NCBI GenBank assembly: GCA_030626465.1 | Contig: DAOUOU010000002.1 | Coordinates: forward strand, 1-36,410 | Length of the DNA stretch: 36,410 nt | Reading direction: 5' to 3' | From: Bacteroidales bacterium | GTDB lineage: Bacteria; Bacteroidota; Bacteroidia; Bacteroidales; UBA10428 | In this document: one piece after another, positions 28,283 to 36,410 of the stretch | Position numbering within the stretch: position 1 is the stretch's first letter | Layout of the letters: each line of letters opens with the position of its first letter | Position numbers and translations under genes: made by a program | The notes under the pieces: model-generated | The model's input: only the letters and a program-made list of their open reading frames with translations | What the model was told of the DNA's origin: nothing | The model's database searches: none

Positions 28283-30566
28283 CATACTATTTTTTTGCAT
28301 TCTGGGACTTGCATCAGCCTGCTCAAATACAAAGTTTCTGGCAGAGGATGAGGTTTTGTATACAGGGATCAGGAAAGTAAATATAATTCCACAAGGAGAG
28401 ATAAAAAAAATTAAATCAATAGAGTCTTCTATCTCCTGGTCTGCATATTATGCACCCAATAACTCGTTTTATTTGCCTAAAAGAACTTTCCCTCCGGTAA
28501 GACTTTGGATCTATAACTATATGCAAACGGAAAAGACAAAAGGATTCAAGTCATGGATGCATCGTAACTTCTCTCAGGAACCCGTTCTGATCAGTGATGT
28601 CAAACTGGATCAGCGGATCAGAAAGCTGGAAAATGAATTACACAATCAGGGACATTTTGGTGCGAAAATAAATTACGAGCTGCATTTTAAAAAGTCAAAT
28701 CACAAAAAAGCCTCTGTAAGTTATCATGTTTTATTGCCTCAAGCGTATACGGTCAACTCCGTTTCCCTCCCGGAAAAAAGAATTCTATTCGATTCATTGC
28801 CCCCTGCCCTGGTATCAGAATCAATCATAGAATCTGAACGACAATATGATCTTGAAAATGTCCTGGCAGAACGTGATAGAATTACCTCGATAATAAGAAA
28901 TGAAGGGTATTATAGTTTTCGGAAGGAGTATCTGGAGTTCAGTCTTGATACAACCAAAGGCACTAAATCTATTGACATGGGGATCGATGTTTACAATAAT
29001 CTTCCGGATCTCTCAACAAAAAAATACACTATTCATGACATAACATTTATAATGCTCAACAATGCCATTGATTCTCTTTCGGGTATTTCATTAGATACTC
29101 TGAGCGATGAGATTTTTACAATTGTTTATGAGGATTTGTTTGTTAAGCCTTCCATTATGAAGCATGCAGTTTATCAGATTCCCGGGCAGAAGTATACACA
29201 GAGAAGTCATGAATACACCCAGGAACATTTGGGAAATCTTGGTGTTTTTAAACAAATTGACATAAGCTATGATACGCTTGAGGGATTCAATAACAAACTC
29301 AGGATGAACATCCTCCTTCTGCCACTTGAGAAAATCAGTTTATCTGCGGAAGCCAATGTAGTAACTAAATCTACAGGATTTGTCGGACCTGCAGTTGTGG
29401 CTCGACTTACAAACCAGAACCTCTTTGGTGGTGCAGAAAAACTGAATATCTCATTAAATGCCGGTTACGAATGGCAAATCTTTAATGCAGAGAATACAGG
29501 TTTGGGATTTAACTCTTATGAGCTTGGAATAAAATCATCAATATCCTTTCCTAAAATAATTGCTCCGTTCGGACTCAAGTACAGAACCAATATCTATGTA
29601 CCAAAAACTACCGTGAGTGCAGGTTTCGAGATATTGAACCGTGTTCGGTATTATAAAATGAATTCGATCAGTACCTCTTATAGTTATCAATGGAAAGAAA
29701 GTCTTTATAACCAACACTCCTTTTCACTTATCGACATTAATTTTGTTGATCTTGTTGATACAACTGCTGAGTTTAGCGAAATCTTCCTGAACAATCCTTC
29801 TGTTCGCCGTTCGTTTGAAGAACAGTTTATTGTTGGCATGCGCTATCGCTTTTCTTTTGATAATTCATCGGATGAAAATAAAACGCACCGGATATATTGG
29901 GAATCGGGACTTGTAACTGCCGGTAACTTTTTGAGTTTGATCGATAAAAATATCATGGGGAATACTGAGGAAGAACAGGGGAAATTATTTGGCAAACCGT
30001 ATTCTCAGTTCCTCAAAATCACGCAGGATCTTCGTCACTATTATAAATTCAGGCAAAAATCAGGTATTGTTGATCGATTGTACATTGGTTTTGGCTATCC
30101 CTATGGAAATTCAACGGTAATGCCTTATGTGGAACAGTTTTTCAGCGGCGGTGCCAACAGCATCAGAGGATTTACTGCCCGTTCGATAGGTCCGGGAGAA
30201 TACCGGGGCGATACATTGACGTATTTTGATCAGACGGGAGATATTAAAATCGAGTATAATTTTGAATACAGATTCAGAATTGGTCAGCGTTTGTTTGGTG
30301 CTACTTTTCTTGATGTTGGAAATATCTGGTTACATAAGGAAGACCCTCTCAGACCGGGCAGTGGATTTCAGATGGACAAGTTTTACAAACAGTTGGCTTT
30401 TGGAACAGGATTTGGATTCCGATTCGATATTGATTTCTTTGTTATACGATTTGATATTGGTATTCCATTGCGCAATCCCGGCTATGAAAAAGGACGTCAA
30501 TGGGTATTTACAAATTCAGAAATATTTAAGCTAAACGGATTTATTGCTATAGGTTATCCATTCTGA
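28260..30566 (+). CDS. Omp85-family outer-membrane protein, TamA/TamL-like, with a lipoprotein signal
   Basis: Omp85 motifs FFSGGANSIRGF, ATFLDVGNIW and GTGFGFRFDIDFFVIRFDIGIPL, with a terminal F. Starting at TTG 28260 gives (M)RKIRLNDILFFCILGLASAC, a good lipobox signal peptide. The GTG at 28116 in the ORF track, or the ATG at 28128, would add about 45 basic residues ahead of the signal. The start codon remains uncertain. Confidence 0.8.
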   Translation: MRKIRLNDILFFCILGLASACSNTKFLAEDEVLYTGIRKVNIIPQGEIKKIKSIESSISWSAYYAPNNSFYLPKRTFPPVRLWIYNYMQTEKTKGFKSWMHRNFSQEPVLISDVKLDQRIRKLENELHNQGHFGAKINYELHFKKSNHKKASVSYHVLLPQAYTVNSVSLPEKRILFDSLPPALVSESIIESERQYDLENVLAERDRITSIIRNEGYYSFRKEYLEFSLDTTKGTKSIDMGIDVYNNLPDLSTKKYTIHDITFIMLNNAIDSLSGISLDTLSDEIFTIVYEDLFVKPSIMKHAVYQIPGQKYTQRSHEYTQEHLGNLGVFKQIDISYDTLEGFNNKLRMNILLLPLEKISLSAEANVVTKSTGFVGPAVVARLTNQNLFGGAEKLNISLNAGYEWQIFNAENTGLGFNSYELGIKSSISFPKIIAPFGLKYRTNIYVPKTTVSAGFEILNRVRYYKMNSISTSYSYQWKESLYNQHSFSLIDINFVDLVDTTAEFSEIFLNNPSVRRSFEEQFIVGMRYRFSFDNSSDENKTHRIYWESGLVTAGNFLSLIDKNIMGNTEEEQGKLFGKPYSQFLKITQDLRHYYKFRQKSGIVDRLYIGFGYPYGNSTVMPYVEQFFSGGANSIRGFTARSIGPGEYRGDTLTYFDQTGDIKIEYNFEYRFRIGQRLFGATFLDVGNIWLHKEDPLRPGSGFQMDKFYKQLAFGTGFGFRFDIDFFVIRFDIGIPLRNPGYEKGRQWVFTNSEIFKLNGFIAIGYPF

Positions 30567-30617
30567 TTCTTCTGTAGGATTGCGATAAGTATTTCTGTGT
30601 TTTGCTTAATAGCCTGT

Positions 30618-30654
30618 AAACAGAGAACAATTTAGGGATTGAAGTGTTTTTTTT
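30618..30654 (+). repeat. Intergenic direct repeat, copy 1
   Basis: AAACAGAGAACAATTTAGGGATTGAAGTGTTTTTTTT. The 24-nt core TTTAGGGATTGAAGTGTTTTTTTT matches copy 2 at 21 of 24 positions, exactly 200 bp away. Confidence 0.8.
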
Positions 30655-30822
30655 CTGTTTTGTGCAAGAAATTATTTTAGAAAGGCTTTAGTTTAAATGA
30701 GCGTTGGAAAGTGTGTTTGTGATTCTTAGGGCCTTTGAGGCATAGTGGCTATAATTAGTATAACTTTTTTATTTACTATCATTCCATTTAATGAAAATTG
30801 GGTGCTGCAATGCACAAAACAG
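30655..30822. repeat. 12-bp perfect inverted repeat pair enclosing 144 bp
   Basis: CTGTTTTGTGCA (30655-30666) and TGCACAAAACAG (30811-30822). Confidence 0.8.
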
Positions 30823-30854
30823 GAGAATATTTTAGAGGTTGAAGTATTTTTTTT
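30817..30854 (+). repeat. Intergenic direct repeat, copy 2
   Basis: AAACAGGAGAATATTTTAGAGGTTGAAGTATTTTTTTT. Its T8 tract ends at 30854, and the copy 1 T8 tract ends at 30654. Confidence 0.8.
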
Positions 30855-30869
30855 ATCTTGGATTATATG

Positions 30870-30877
30870 TATTTTTG
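30870..30877 (+). promoter_or_regulatory. Candidate -7 promoter box (TAnnTTTG)
   Basis: TATTTTTG lies 35 nt upstream of the ATG at 30912. Confidence 0.35.
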
Positions 30878-30911
30878 ATTATGTTGCACAGTCAAACCTA
30901 ATAATACGGAA

Positions 30912-31679
30912 ATGAAAAAAGCTTTACTTTTCTTCTTTCTTGCCTTATTTTCAATGTTTATGGCAAAGGCACAGAAAACCTATTCAGTAACCAGCGGCGA
31001 AATGATATTTTCTTTCAGTAATGTGGAATTTACGGATGCCTTTTTAGCAGATAATCCCAATGCCGAAGTAACGAAAACAAATCTGCGATACACGATTTTT
31101 TTTCATCTTGGTCAATACTGGCATATTGACTTCACAAATAATATTGGAATTCTGACCGGATTGGGTATGAGAAACGTTGGTTTAATATCAGATGAGAAGA
31201 TACCTGAGACAGTTGGCTCAGAGGTTATGGTGGATCATAAAATTATCAGAAGAGTCTATACTCTTGGAGTACCTCTGTCTCTTAAAATAGGATCGTTCAA
31301 AAATCACATTTATTTTTTTGGAGGTGGAGAGTATGAGTTAGCATTTCAGTACAAACAAAAATATTGGAAATCTCACTCCAGGTCGGGCTCCAAAACAAAA
31401 GAAAACGAATGGTTTGCCAGTCAAACTCCAACCTTTCTTCCATCAGTATTTGGCGGGGTTCAATTGCCGGGAGGCATTAACATTAAATTCAAGTATTATT
31501 TAACTGATTTTCTTAATCACAATTATTCTCGCACCAGTAGCGGTGGCAATTTCGAGGTTGGCGATCTTACAAGATACAAAACCAGCCAGGTATTTTATTT
31601 CTCTCTTTCATGGCAGTTTAATACTGCTTATATAACTAAAAGAGAATGGCAAACAGGCACCGAAGTAGCGTACAGATAA
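30912..31679 (+). CDS. Hypothetical outer-membrane beta-barrel-like protein
   Basis: Signal peptide (LFFFLALFSMFMAKAQ). Alternating hydrophobic beta-strand pattern with aromatic girdle residues. No named family recognised. Confidence 0.65.
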   Translation: MKKALLFFFLALFSMFMAKAQKTYSVTSGEMIFSFSNVEFTDAFLADNPNAEVTKTNLRYTIFFHLGQYWHIDFTNNIGILTGLGMRNVGLISDEKIPETVGSEVMVDHKIIRRVYTLGVPLSLKIGSFKNHIYFFGGGEYELAFQYKQKYWKSHSRSGSKTKENEWFASQTPTFLPSVFGGVQLPGGINIKFKYYLTDFLNHNYSRTSSGGNFEVGDLTRYKTSQVFYFSLSWQFNTAYITKREWQTGTEVAYR

Positions 31680-31700
31680 TACTTATTTCAAGAATATTTT

Positions 31701-31730
31701 ACCCGGTTACAGACGTTTCCGGGTTTCTTT
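31701..31730 (+). terminator. Rho-independent terminator
   Basis: ACCCGG (31701-31706) pairs with CCGGGT (31719-31724) and is followed by TTCTTT and further T-rich sequence. Confidence 0.5.
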
Positions 31731-31793
31731 ATATTTTTTGGTAATTGAAATAAACATATTGCAGTTCTATGCGTTTTTAAATTAATTTCAATC

Positions 31794-32894
31794 ATGAAGA
31801 AACTAATTTTTCCCTTATTGTTTCTGATCATTTTTAAAACAGGGCAATCACAGCATCTTGGGGCATATACCGATTACCGCGACAGATTTTATATTTTCGA
31901 TCATGGTGAGAGCACCAAAGTGGAAGATCTTATGGTGCAATCCTTTGATATAGGAGGTGAGTGTGTGATGTATATAAACAGCCAGGGACACCTGAAGATA
32001 TATAACGATGGTAAGCTTACCAAATTAGAATCAGGAGGAGTCTCCAAGTATTTTGCTACCGATCATCTCGCAGCTTATTCAATCTTTGAAAAACTAAAAG
32101 TGGTTGAAGATGGTCAGGCCATTACCTTAAGTACACGTTGTCCGATCTACAGCGTTGAGGATAGTCTGATTGTCTTTTATGATAAAAACCTGGAATCGCT
32201 CAGGGTGTATTATGAAGGAGAAAGTAAAGATATAGAAAGTGGAATGGTAGGAATGCCAGTTGATAATTTTAGTAGCGGGGATAATATGGTTGCTTATATT
32301 TCTTCGCGCACAAAAGATTTTAAGATATATTACAAGGGTAAGAATCATACCATACTTCAATATGTGGAAGGTCTTTCTTTCAAAGCAGGCAAAGACATTG
32401 TTGCTTATAAAAGTAACATCGATAATACTTTTCATGTGTATTACAAAGGCGAAAATTATCAGTTAGAAGATTTTCCTCCAAAATCCTATAAGGTAGGAGA
32501 TGGATTTGTGGCTTATGTTGATGAAATGGGTGTATTTAAAGTATTTTACAACGGTAAGGTACAGGAGGTGAGCAGTTTTTCACCGGAAACATACATTGCC
32601 GAAGATTACTTACTGATCTTTACAGAACATGAATATTTTAAGGTTTTCTCCAAAGGTTCGGTTCATGAAGTGGAGGCTTATATACCAAAGAGTTTTAAGC
32701 TTGACTGGAATACAGTAGCCTACCTTGATAACAGCAATCGTATCTGGTTAGTTGTCAACGGTGAGAAGAAATACCTAATCAATGACTTGATCAATACATT
32801 TGATATTTATCGTGATCTTATCATAATGAATGTAAAAGTAAACCGCAACATAGTATATTACCAGGATGAGTTTTTTGAAGGATTGTCGTTTTAG
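31794..32894 (+). CDS. Secreted repeat protein of unknown function (about ten ~36-aa repeats)
   Basis: Signal peptide (LIFPLLFLIIFKTGQSQ). Recurrent unit resembling VAY-x6-8-F(K/H)V(Y/F)Y-x-G-x4-(L/V), for example VAYISSRTKDFKIYYKGKNHTIL, VAYKSNIDNTFHVYYKGENYQLE, VAYVDEMGVFKVFYNGKVQEVS and VAYLDNSNRIWLVVNGEKKYLI. Confidence 0.7.
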   Translation: MKKLIFPLLFLIIFKTGQSQHLGAYTDYRDRFYIFDHGESTKVEDLMVQSFDIGGECVMYINSQGHLKIYNDGKLTKLESGGVSKYFATDHLAAYSIFEKLKVVEDGQAITLSTRCPIYSVEDSLIVFYDKNLESLRVYYEGESKDIESGMVGMPVDNFSSGDNMVAYISSRTKDFKIYYKGKNHTILQYVEGLSFKAGKDIVAYKSNIDNTFHVYYKGENYQLEDFPPKSYKVGDGFVAYVDEMGVFKVFYNGKVQEVSSFSPETYIAEDYLLIFTEHEYFKVFSKGSVHEVEAYIPKSFKLDWNTVAYLDNSNRIWLVVNGEKKYLINDLINTFDIYRDLIIMNVKVNRNIVYYQDEFFEGLSF

Positions 32895-32914
32895 CATTCT
32901 ATAATTGCTTTTAT

Positions 32915-33331
32915 TTACAATAAAGCCCACTGACCAGTCATCACCAGGAACAACAAATACAGTGCATAGAGCATATTTACTATTGTGAACATCGCATTAT
33001 ACTCCACTCTGTTCTTTTTGATACGTCTTCGTACCATAATTCCAACATTGGGGACTATTGTTGATGTAAGAAAAATAAGGAAATAGATATTAAAAATACT
33101 GTCGTAAGGTTGATCCTCTTCTCCAATGATCTTATTGCCAAACAAGAGAAGATAGGTAAAAACCAGAAATAAAGCCAAAAAAAGCAGGTAACTGATTTTA
33201 AGTGATACGGTAGAATTTCTCCGGCGTTTGTGAACACGAAAAGGACGTAAAATTATTATGGAAACTGTAAATAAAATGATATACCCGACAAGAAAAAAGA
33301 ATTGAAATATACCATGAAAAAAACCACCCAT
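32915..33331 (-). CDS. Small polytopic membrane protein (about four TM helices), unknown function
   Basis: Strongly hydrophobic ORF. The ORF-track start at 33361 is a TTG. The first ATG at 33331 (MGGFFHGIFQFFFLVGY) is the more conservative start. Confidence 0.55.
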   Translation of the reverse strand: MGGFFHGIFQFFFLVGYIILFTVSIIILRPFRVHKRRRNSTVSLKISYLLFLALFLVFTYLLLFGNKIIGEEDQPYDSIFNIYFLIFLTSTIVPNVGIMVRRRIKKNRVEYNAMFTIVNMLYALYLLFLVMTGQWALL

Positions 33332-33407
33332 AGTATTGCTGATTTTTATTTCTATTGACAAGTTATTGATTTTCTTTAAAACAACTCATCTCTAATTTCA
33401 AAAACTT

Positions 33408-34823
33408 TCATTTAAGATCGAGTCGTACGATATTTTCCACATGATGTGTGTGTGGAAACATATCTACCGGTTGTATGGCAGTTAACTTATATTTTATGCT
33501 GAGTAGTTTAATATCGCGCGATTGAGTTGCCGGATTGCAACTGATATATACAATACGCCCGGGTTGTATATTCAAAATAGATTGAACAACATCGTTATGC
33601 ATGCCTGCACGCGGAGGGTCAGTAATAATAACATCAGGCATGCCATTCTGCTTAATAAAATCTTCGTTCAACAGATCTTTAATATCCCCGGTAAAAAAGC
33701 CGGTATTGGTAATACCATTAAGCTCTGAATTGAAATAAGCATCCTGGATAGCTTCTTCGATATAATCCAGACCAATAACCTTTTTGCAATGAGAGGCCAC
33801 AAAGTTTGCAATGGTTCCGGTACCTGTATATAAATCATATATTATTTCAGTACCATTTAGCTCAGCAAAATGGAGGGCTTTACGATACAATTCTAATGCT
33901 TGAAATGTATTTGTCTGGAAAAACGATTTTGGGCCAATTTTGAATTTCAGATCATCAAGTTTTTCATAAACAAAATCTCTTCCACTAAAAAAAAGCACAT
34001 CCAAATCATGAATGGTATCATTAACTTTTGGATTTATCACGTATAGTAAAGATGTGAGTTCCGGAAATTTACTCTCAATATGTTTCAGAAGCTTTTCTAT
34101 CAGGTTTTTTTCATTGTACTGAAAGACAAGCATTACCATCCACTCACCATATTCGGTATTGCGGATAATAAGGTTACGCAGCAAGCCCTGGTTTTGCCTT
34201 TGATCGTAGTAAGAATAGTTGTTTGACAGAGTAAATGCTCTCACTTCATTTCGAATCAGGTTTGAGAGATCATTCTGGAGGTAGCATGTTTCTATATCCA
34301 GTATTCTGTCAAATTTACCCGCGATATGAAATCCAAGAGCACGACGATCGCTGAATTGATTTTCCGACCTGACTTCTGCATCGCTCAACCAACGGGTATT
34401 TGAAAAAGTGTATTCCAATTTGTTCCTGTAGTATTGTTGCTTTTTCGAACCAATAACAGGTTCTATCTCAGGTATTTCAACCTGGCCAATTCTTTGCAGA
34501 TTATCTGCAACTTGTTTTTGCTTGAAGTAAAGTTGCTTATCATAAGAAAGGTTTTGCCATTTACATCCTCCGCAAACGCCAAAATGCTGGCAGAAAGGTT
34601 GATTCCTCGAATCAGATTCCCTGATCAGATCTATGAGGATTCCCTCCATATAATTTTTTCTTTTTCTGATCACCTTAACATTGGCGATATCACCCGGAAC
34701 CAGACCCTGCACAAAAACAACCGCATCATCTGCCTTACCGACTGCTTTTCCCTGGTCAGCGATATCGATAATCACAAGATTTTCAATAATAGGTAATTTC
34801 TTTTTTCTTGCCACTTTATCCAA
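33408..34823 (-). CDS. rlmD: 23S rRNA (uracil-5-)-methyltransferase RlmD/RumA family
   Basis: TRAM-like N-terminus, Fe-S cysteines CQHFGVCGGCKWQ, SAM-binding region DLYTGTGTI followed by ITDPPRAG, and catalytic-Cys context YISCNPAT. The start is non-ATG, either TTG 34823 or GTG 34814. Confidence 0.87.
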   Translation of the reverse strand: MDKVARKKKLPIIENLVIIDIADQGKAVGKADDAVVFVQGLVPGDIANVKVIRKRKNYMEGILIDLIRESDSRNQPFCQHFGVCGGCKWQNLSYDKQLYFKQKQVADNLQRIGQVEIPEIEPVIGSKKQQYYRNKLEYTFSNTRWLSDAEVRSENQFSDRRALGFHIAGKFDRILDIETCYLQNDLSNLIRNEVRAFTLSNNYSYYDQRQNQGLLRNLIIRNTEYGEWMVMLVFQYNEKNLIEKLLKHIESKFPELTSLLYVINPKVNDTIHDLDVLFFSGRDFVYEKLDDLKFKIGPKSFFQTNTFQALELYRKALHFAELNGTEIIYDLYTGTGTIANFVASHCKKVIGLDYIEEAIQDAYFNSELNGITNTGFFTGDIKDLLNEDFIKQNGMPDVIITDPPRAGMHNDVVQSILNIQPGRIVYISCNPATQSRDIKLLSIKYKLTAIQPVDMFPHTHHVENIVRLDLK

Positions 34824-34919
34824 TTTGTGGCAAAGATATGAATATTGGATTATGCAGACACTTTACAACATTAGAAGATGGTAAAGGAACGAATGAATAA
34901 GTGTTGCTCAAAAAATTTC

Positions 34920-34927
34920 TATTTTTG
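34920..34927 (+). promoter_or_regulatory. Candidate -7 promoter box (TAnnTTTG)
   Basis: TATTTTTG lies 17 nt upstream of the ABC-F ATG. Confidence 0.35.
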
Positions 34928-34943
34928 CTGCCAAAAATATCCG

Positions 34944-36410
34944 ATGATCTCATTTCAGAATGTCAGCCTAGAATTTGGTGAACGAAAGCTGTTTGATAGT
35001 ATTTCATTCCAGGTTAATCCAAAAGACCGTATTGGTTTGGTAGGAAAGAATGGCTCCGGTAAATCAACCCTTTTCAAGGCAATACTAGGATTGATAAAGA
35101 TTGATGGTGGTACAATTGTTGTTCCGCGTGACACTTCCATTGGTTACCTGCCTCAGGAAATTTCCTTCAAAGATAAATGCACAGTTTTTGAAGAAGCTTT
35201 GAGTGCATATAGTGATTTGCACCAGCTTGCAAAAGAATTAGACCGTCTGAATCATCAACTGATTGAAAGGAAAGATTACGAGTCGGATGAATACCTTGAG
35301 CTTGTCGAACTCGTAGCAGAAAAAAGAGAGAGGCTGCAGATGATAAACGCATCGACAGTTGAGGCTAATACCATAAAGACATTAAAGGGCTTAGGTTTTA
35401 AAGAAGGAGATATGCGAAGATCTACTTCCGAATTTAGTGGTGGATGGCGCATGCGGATTGAACTGGCTAAAATTTTGTTAAAATCTCCGGATGTGTTTTT
35501 ACTTGATGAGCCTACCAATCATCTTGATATTGAATCAATTCAATGGTTGGAAAATTTTTTAAAGCAATACCATGGAGCGCTAATACTTGTTTCTCATGAT
35601 AAAACTTTCCTTGACAATGTTACAAAGCGAACAATTGAAATATCTCTCGGAAAATTTTTTGATTATAAAGTTCCCTATTCAAGGTATGCTCAGTTACGAA
35701 AGGAACGTCGCGAACAAATGCTTGCCGCCTATAAAAACCAGCAGAAAAAAATTGAAGATACAAAGGAATTTGTTGAGCGTTTCAGGTACAAGGCTACCAA
35801 AGCTGTGCAGGTTCAGTCAAGAATCAGGCAGTTGGAGAAAATGAAGATTATTGAGGTGGAAGAAGAGGATGCAGAAGCGATACATGTAAAGTTCCCCCCC
35901 GCTCCAAGGTCAGGTACAATAGCAATAAAAGTGAATGGTATTACAAAGCAATACGGTGATCATACTGTTCTTAACGATATAGATATGCTAATCGAGCGCG
36001 GTGAAAAGATTGCATTTGTGGGTCGCAATGGTGAAGGAAAGACTACTTTATCGAGGATTATTGTTGGAGATCTTGAATACACGGGCGAGTGTGAATTGGG
36101 CCATAATGTTCATATTGGATACTATGCCCAGAATCAGGATGAATTACTGGATACAGGCATAACAGTACTTGACACGATTGATCAGGTTGCCGTAGGAGAG
36201 ATCAGGACCAAAATGCGCGACATACTGGGAGCTTTCCTATTTAGCGGAGAAGATGTGGACAAGACAGTGAAAATATTGTCAGGAGGTGAAAAATCAAGAC
36301 TTGCGCTTGCCAGATTATTGCTAAAATCCTATAATCTTCTGGTATTGGATGAGCCGACAAATCATCTGGACATGCGATCAAAGGACATTTTAAAACATGC
36401 TTTGCAATGC
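34944..36410 (+). CDS. ABC-F family ATPase (two fused ABC domains, no TM domain), 3'-truncated by the window edge
   Basis: This ORF is not in the supplied track. Hand translation from ATG 34944 stays open for 489 codons to the window end. First ABC domain: GKNGSGKST, FSGGWRMRIELA, LLLDEPTNHLD. Then a charged linker. Second ABC domain: GRNGEGKTT, LSGGEKSRLALA, LVLDEPTNHLD. Confidence 0.9.
   Translation, partial: MISFQNVSLEFGERKLFDSISFQVNPKDRIGLVGKNGSGKSTLFKAILGLIKIDGGTIVVPRDTSIGYLPQEISFKDKCTVFEEALSAYSDLHQLAKELDRLNHQLIERKDYESDEYLELVELVAEKRERLQMINASTVEANTIKTLKGLGFKEGDMRRSTSEFSGGWRMRIELAKILLKSPDVFLLDEPTNHLDIESIQWLENFLKQYHGALILVSHDKTFLDNVTKRTIEISLGKFFDYKVPYSRYAQLRKERREQMLAAYKNQQKKIEDTKEFVERFRYKATKAVQVQSRIRQLEKMKIIEVEEEDAEAIHVKFPPAPRSGTIAIKVNGITKQYGDHTVLNDIDMLIERGEKIAFVGRNGEGKTTLSRIIVGDLEYTGECELGHNVHIGYYAQNQDELLDTGITVLDTIDQVAVGEIRTKMRDILGAFLFSGEDVDKTVKILSGGEKSRLALARLLLKSYNLLVLDEPTNHLDMRSKDILKHALQC

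Noticed and set aside
1-36410. Window-wide scan for CRISPR arrays, tRNA/rRNA genes, IS elements, integrases, phage modules, toxin-antitoxin pairs and known defence genes
   Set aside because: None were recognised. The intergenic regions are AT-rich with no tRNA-like T-loop signatures and no spaced direct-repeat arrays. No ORF shows transposase, recombinase or nuclease-NTPase defence hallmarks apart from the housekeeping-type RmuC.

Overview
AT-rich chromosomal segment that looks like Bacteroidota. Supporting signs: a T9SS C-terminal-domain remnant, a tandem DUF1573 protein, a TamB gene followed by a lipoprotein-type Omp85 (TamL-like), a MurF-alanine racemase fusion, TAnnTTTG-type -7 promoter boxes and no Shine-Dalgarno sequences. 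Content is mostly housekeeping and cell-envelope biogenesis: GT9 glycosyltransferase, rsmI, a three-gene ECF sigma module, an orphan histidine kinase, rmuC, a large Omp85-barrel protein, meaB, a SAM methyltransferase, lpd, rlmD, and an ABC-F ATPase that runs off the right edge and is missing from the ORF track. I found no tRNA/rRNA, CRISPR array, transposase, integrase, phage gene or recognisable defence-system gene. So I cannot point to a convincing new system. The best candidates for a second look are: (1) a 1100-aa Omp85-barrel protein with a PD40 propeller and a degenerate peptidase-like N-terminus, 24 nt upstream of rmuC; (2) an uncharacterised envelope trio downstream of tamB/tamL, including a protein built from about ten 36-aa repeats; (3) a structured repeat arrangement in the 345-bp tamL-downstream intergenic region; (4) a propeller-VWA-OmpA fusion protein preceded by a cluster of four TTCGAAA motifs. 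The left edge carries a perfect 72-nt foldback, probably an assembly artefact, abutting a decayed T9SS CTD. A PsiE-family gene upstream of tamB appears pseudogenised. All domain calls come from motif recognition by eye and need HMM or BLAST confirmation.
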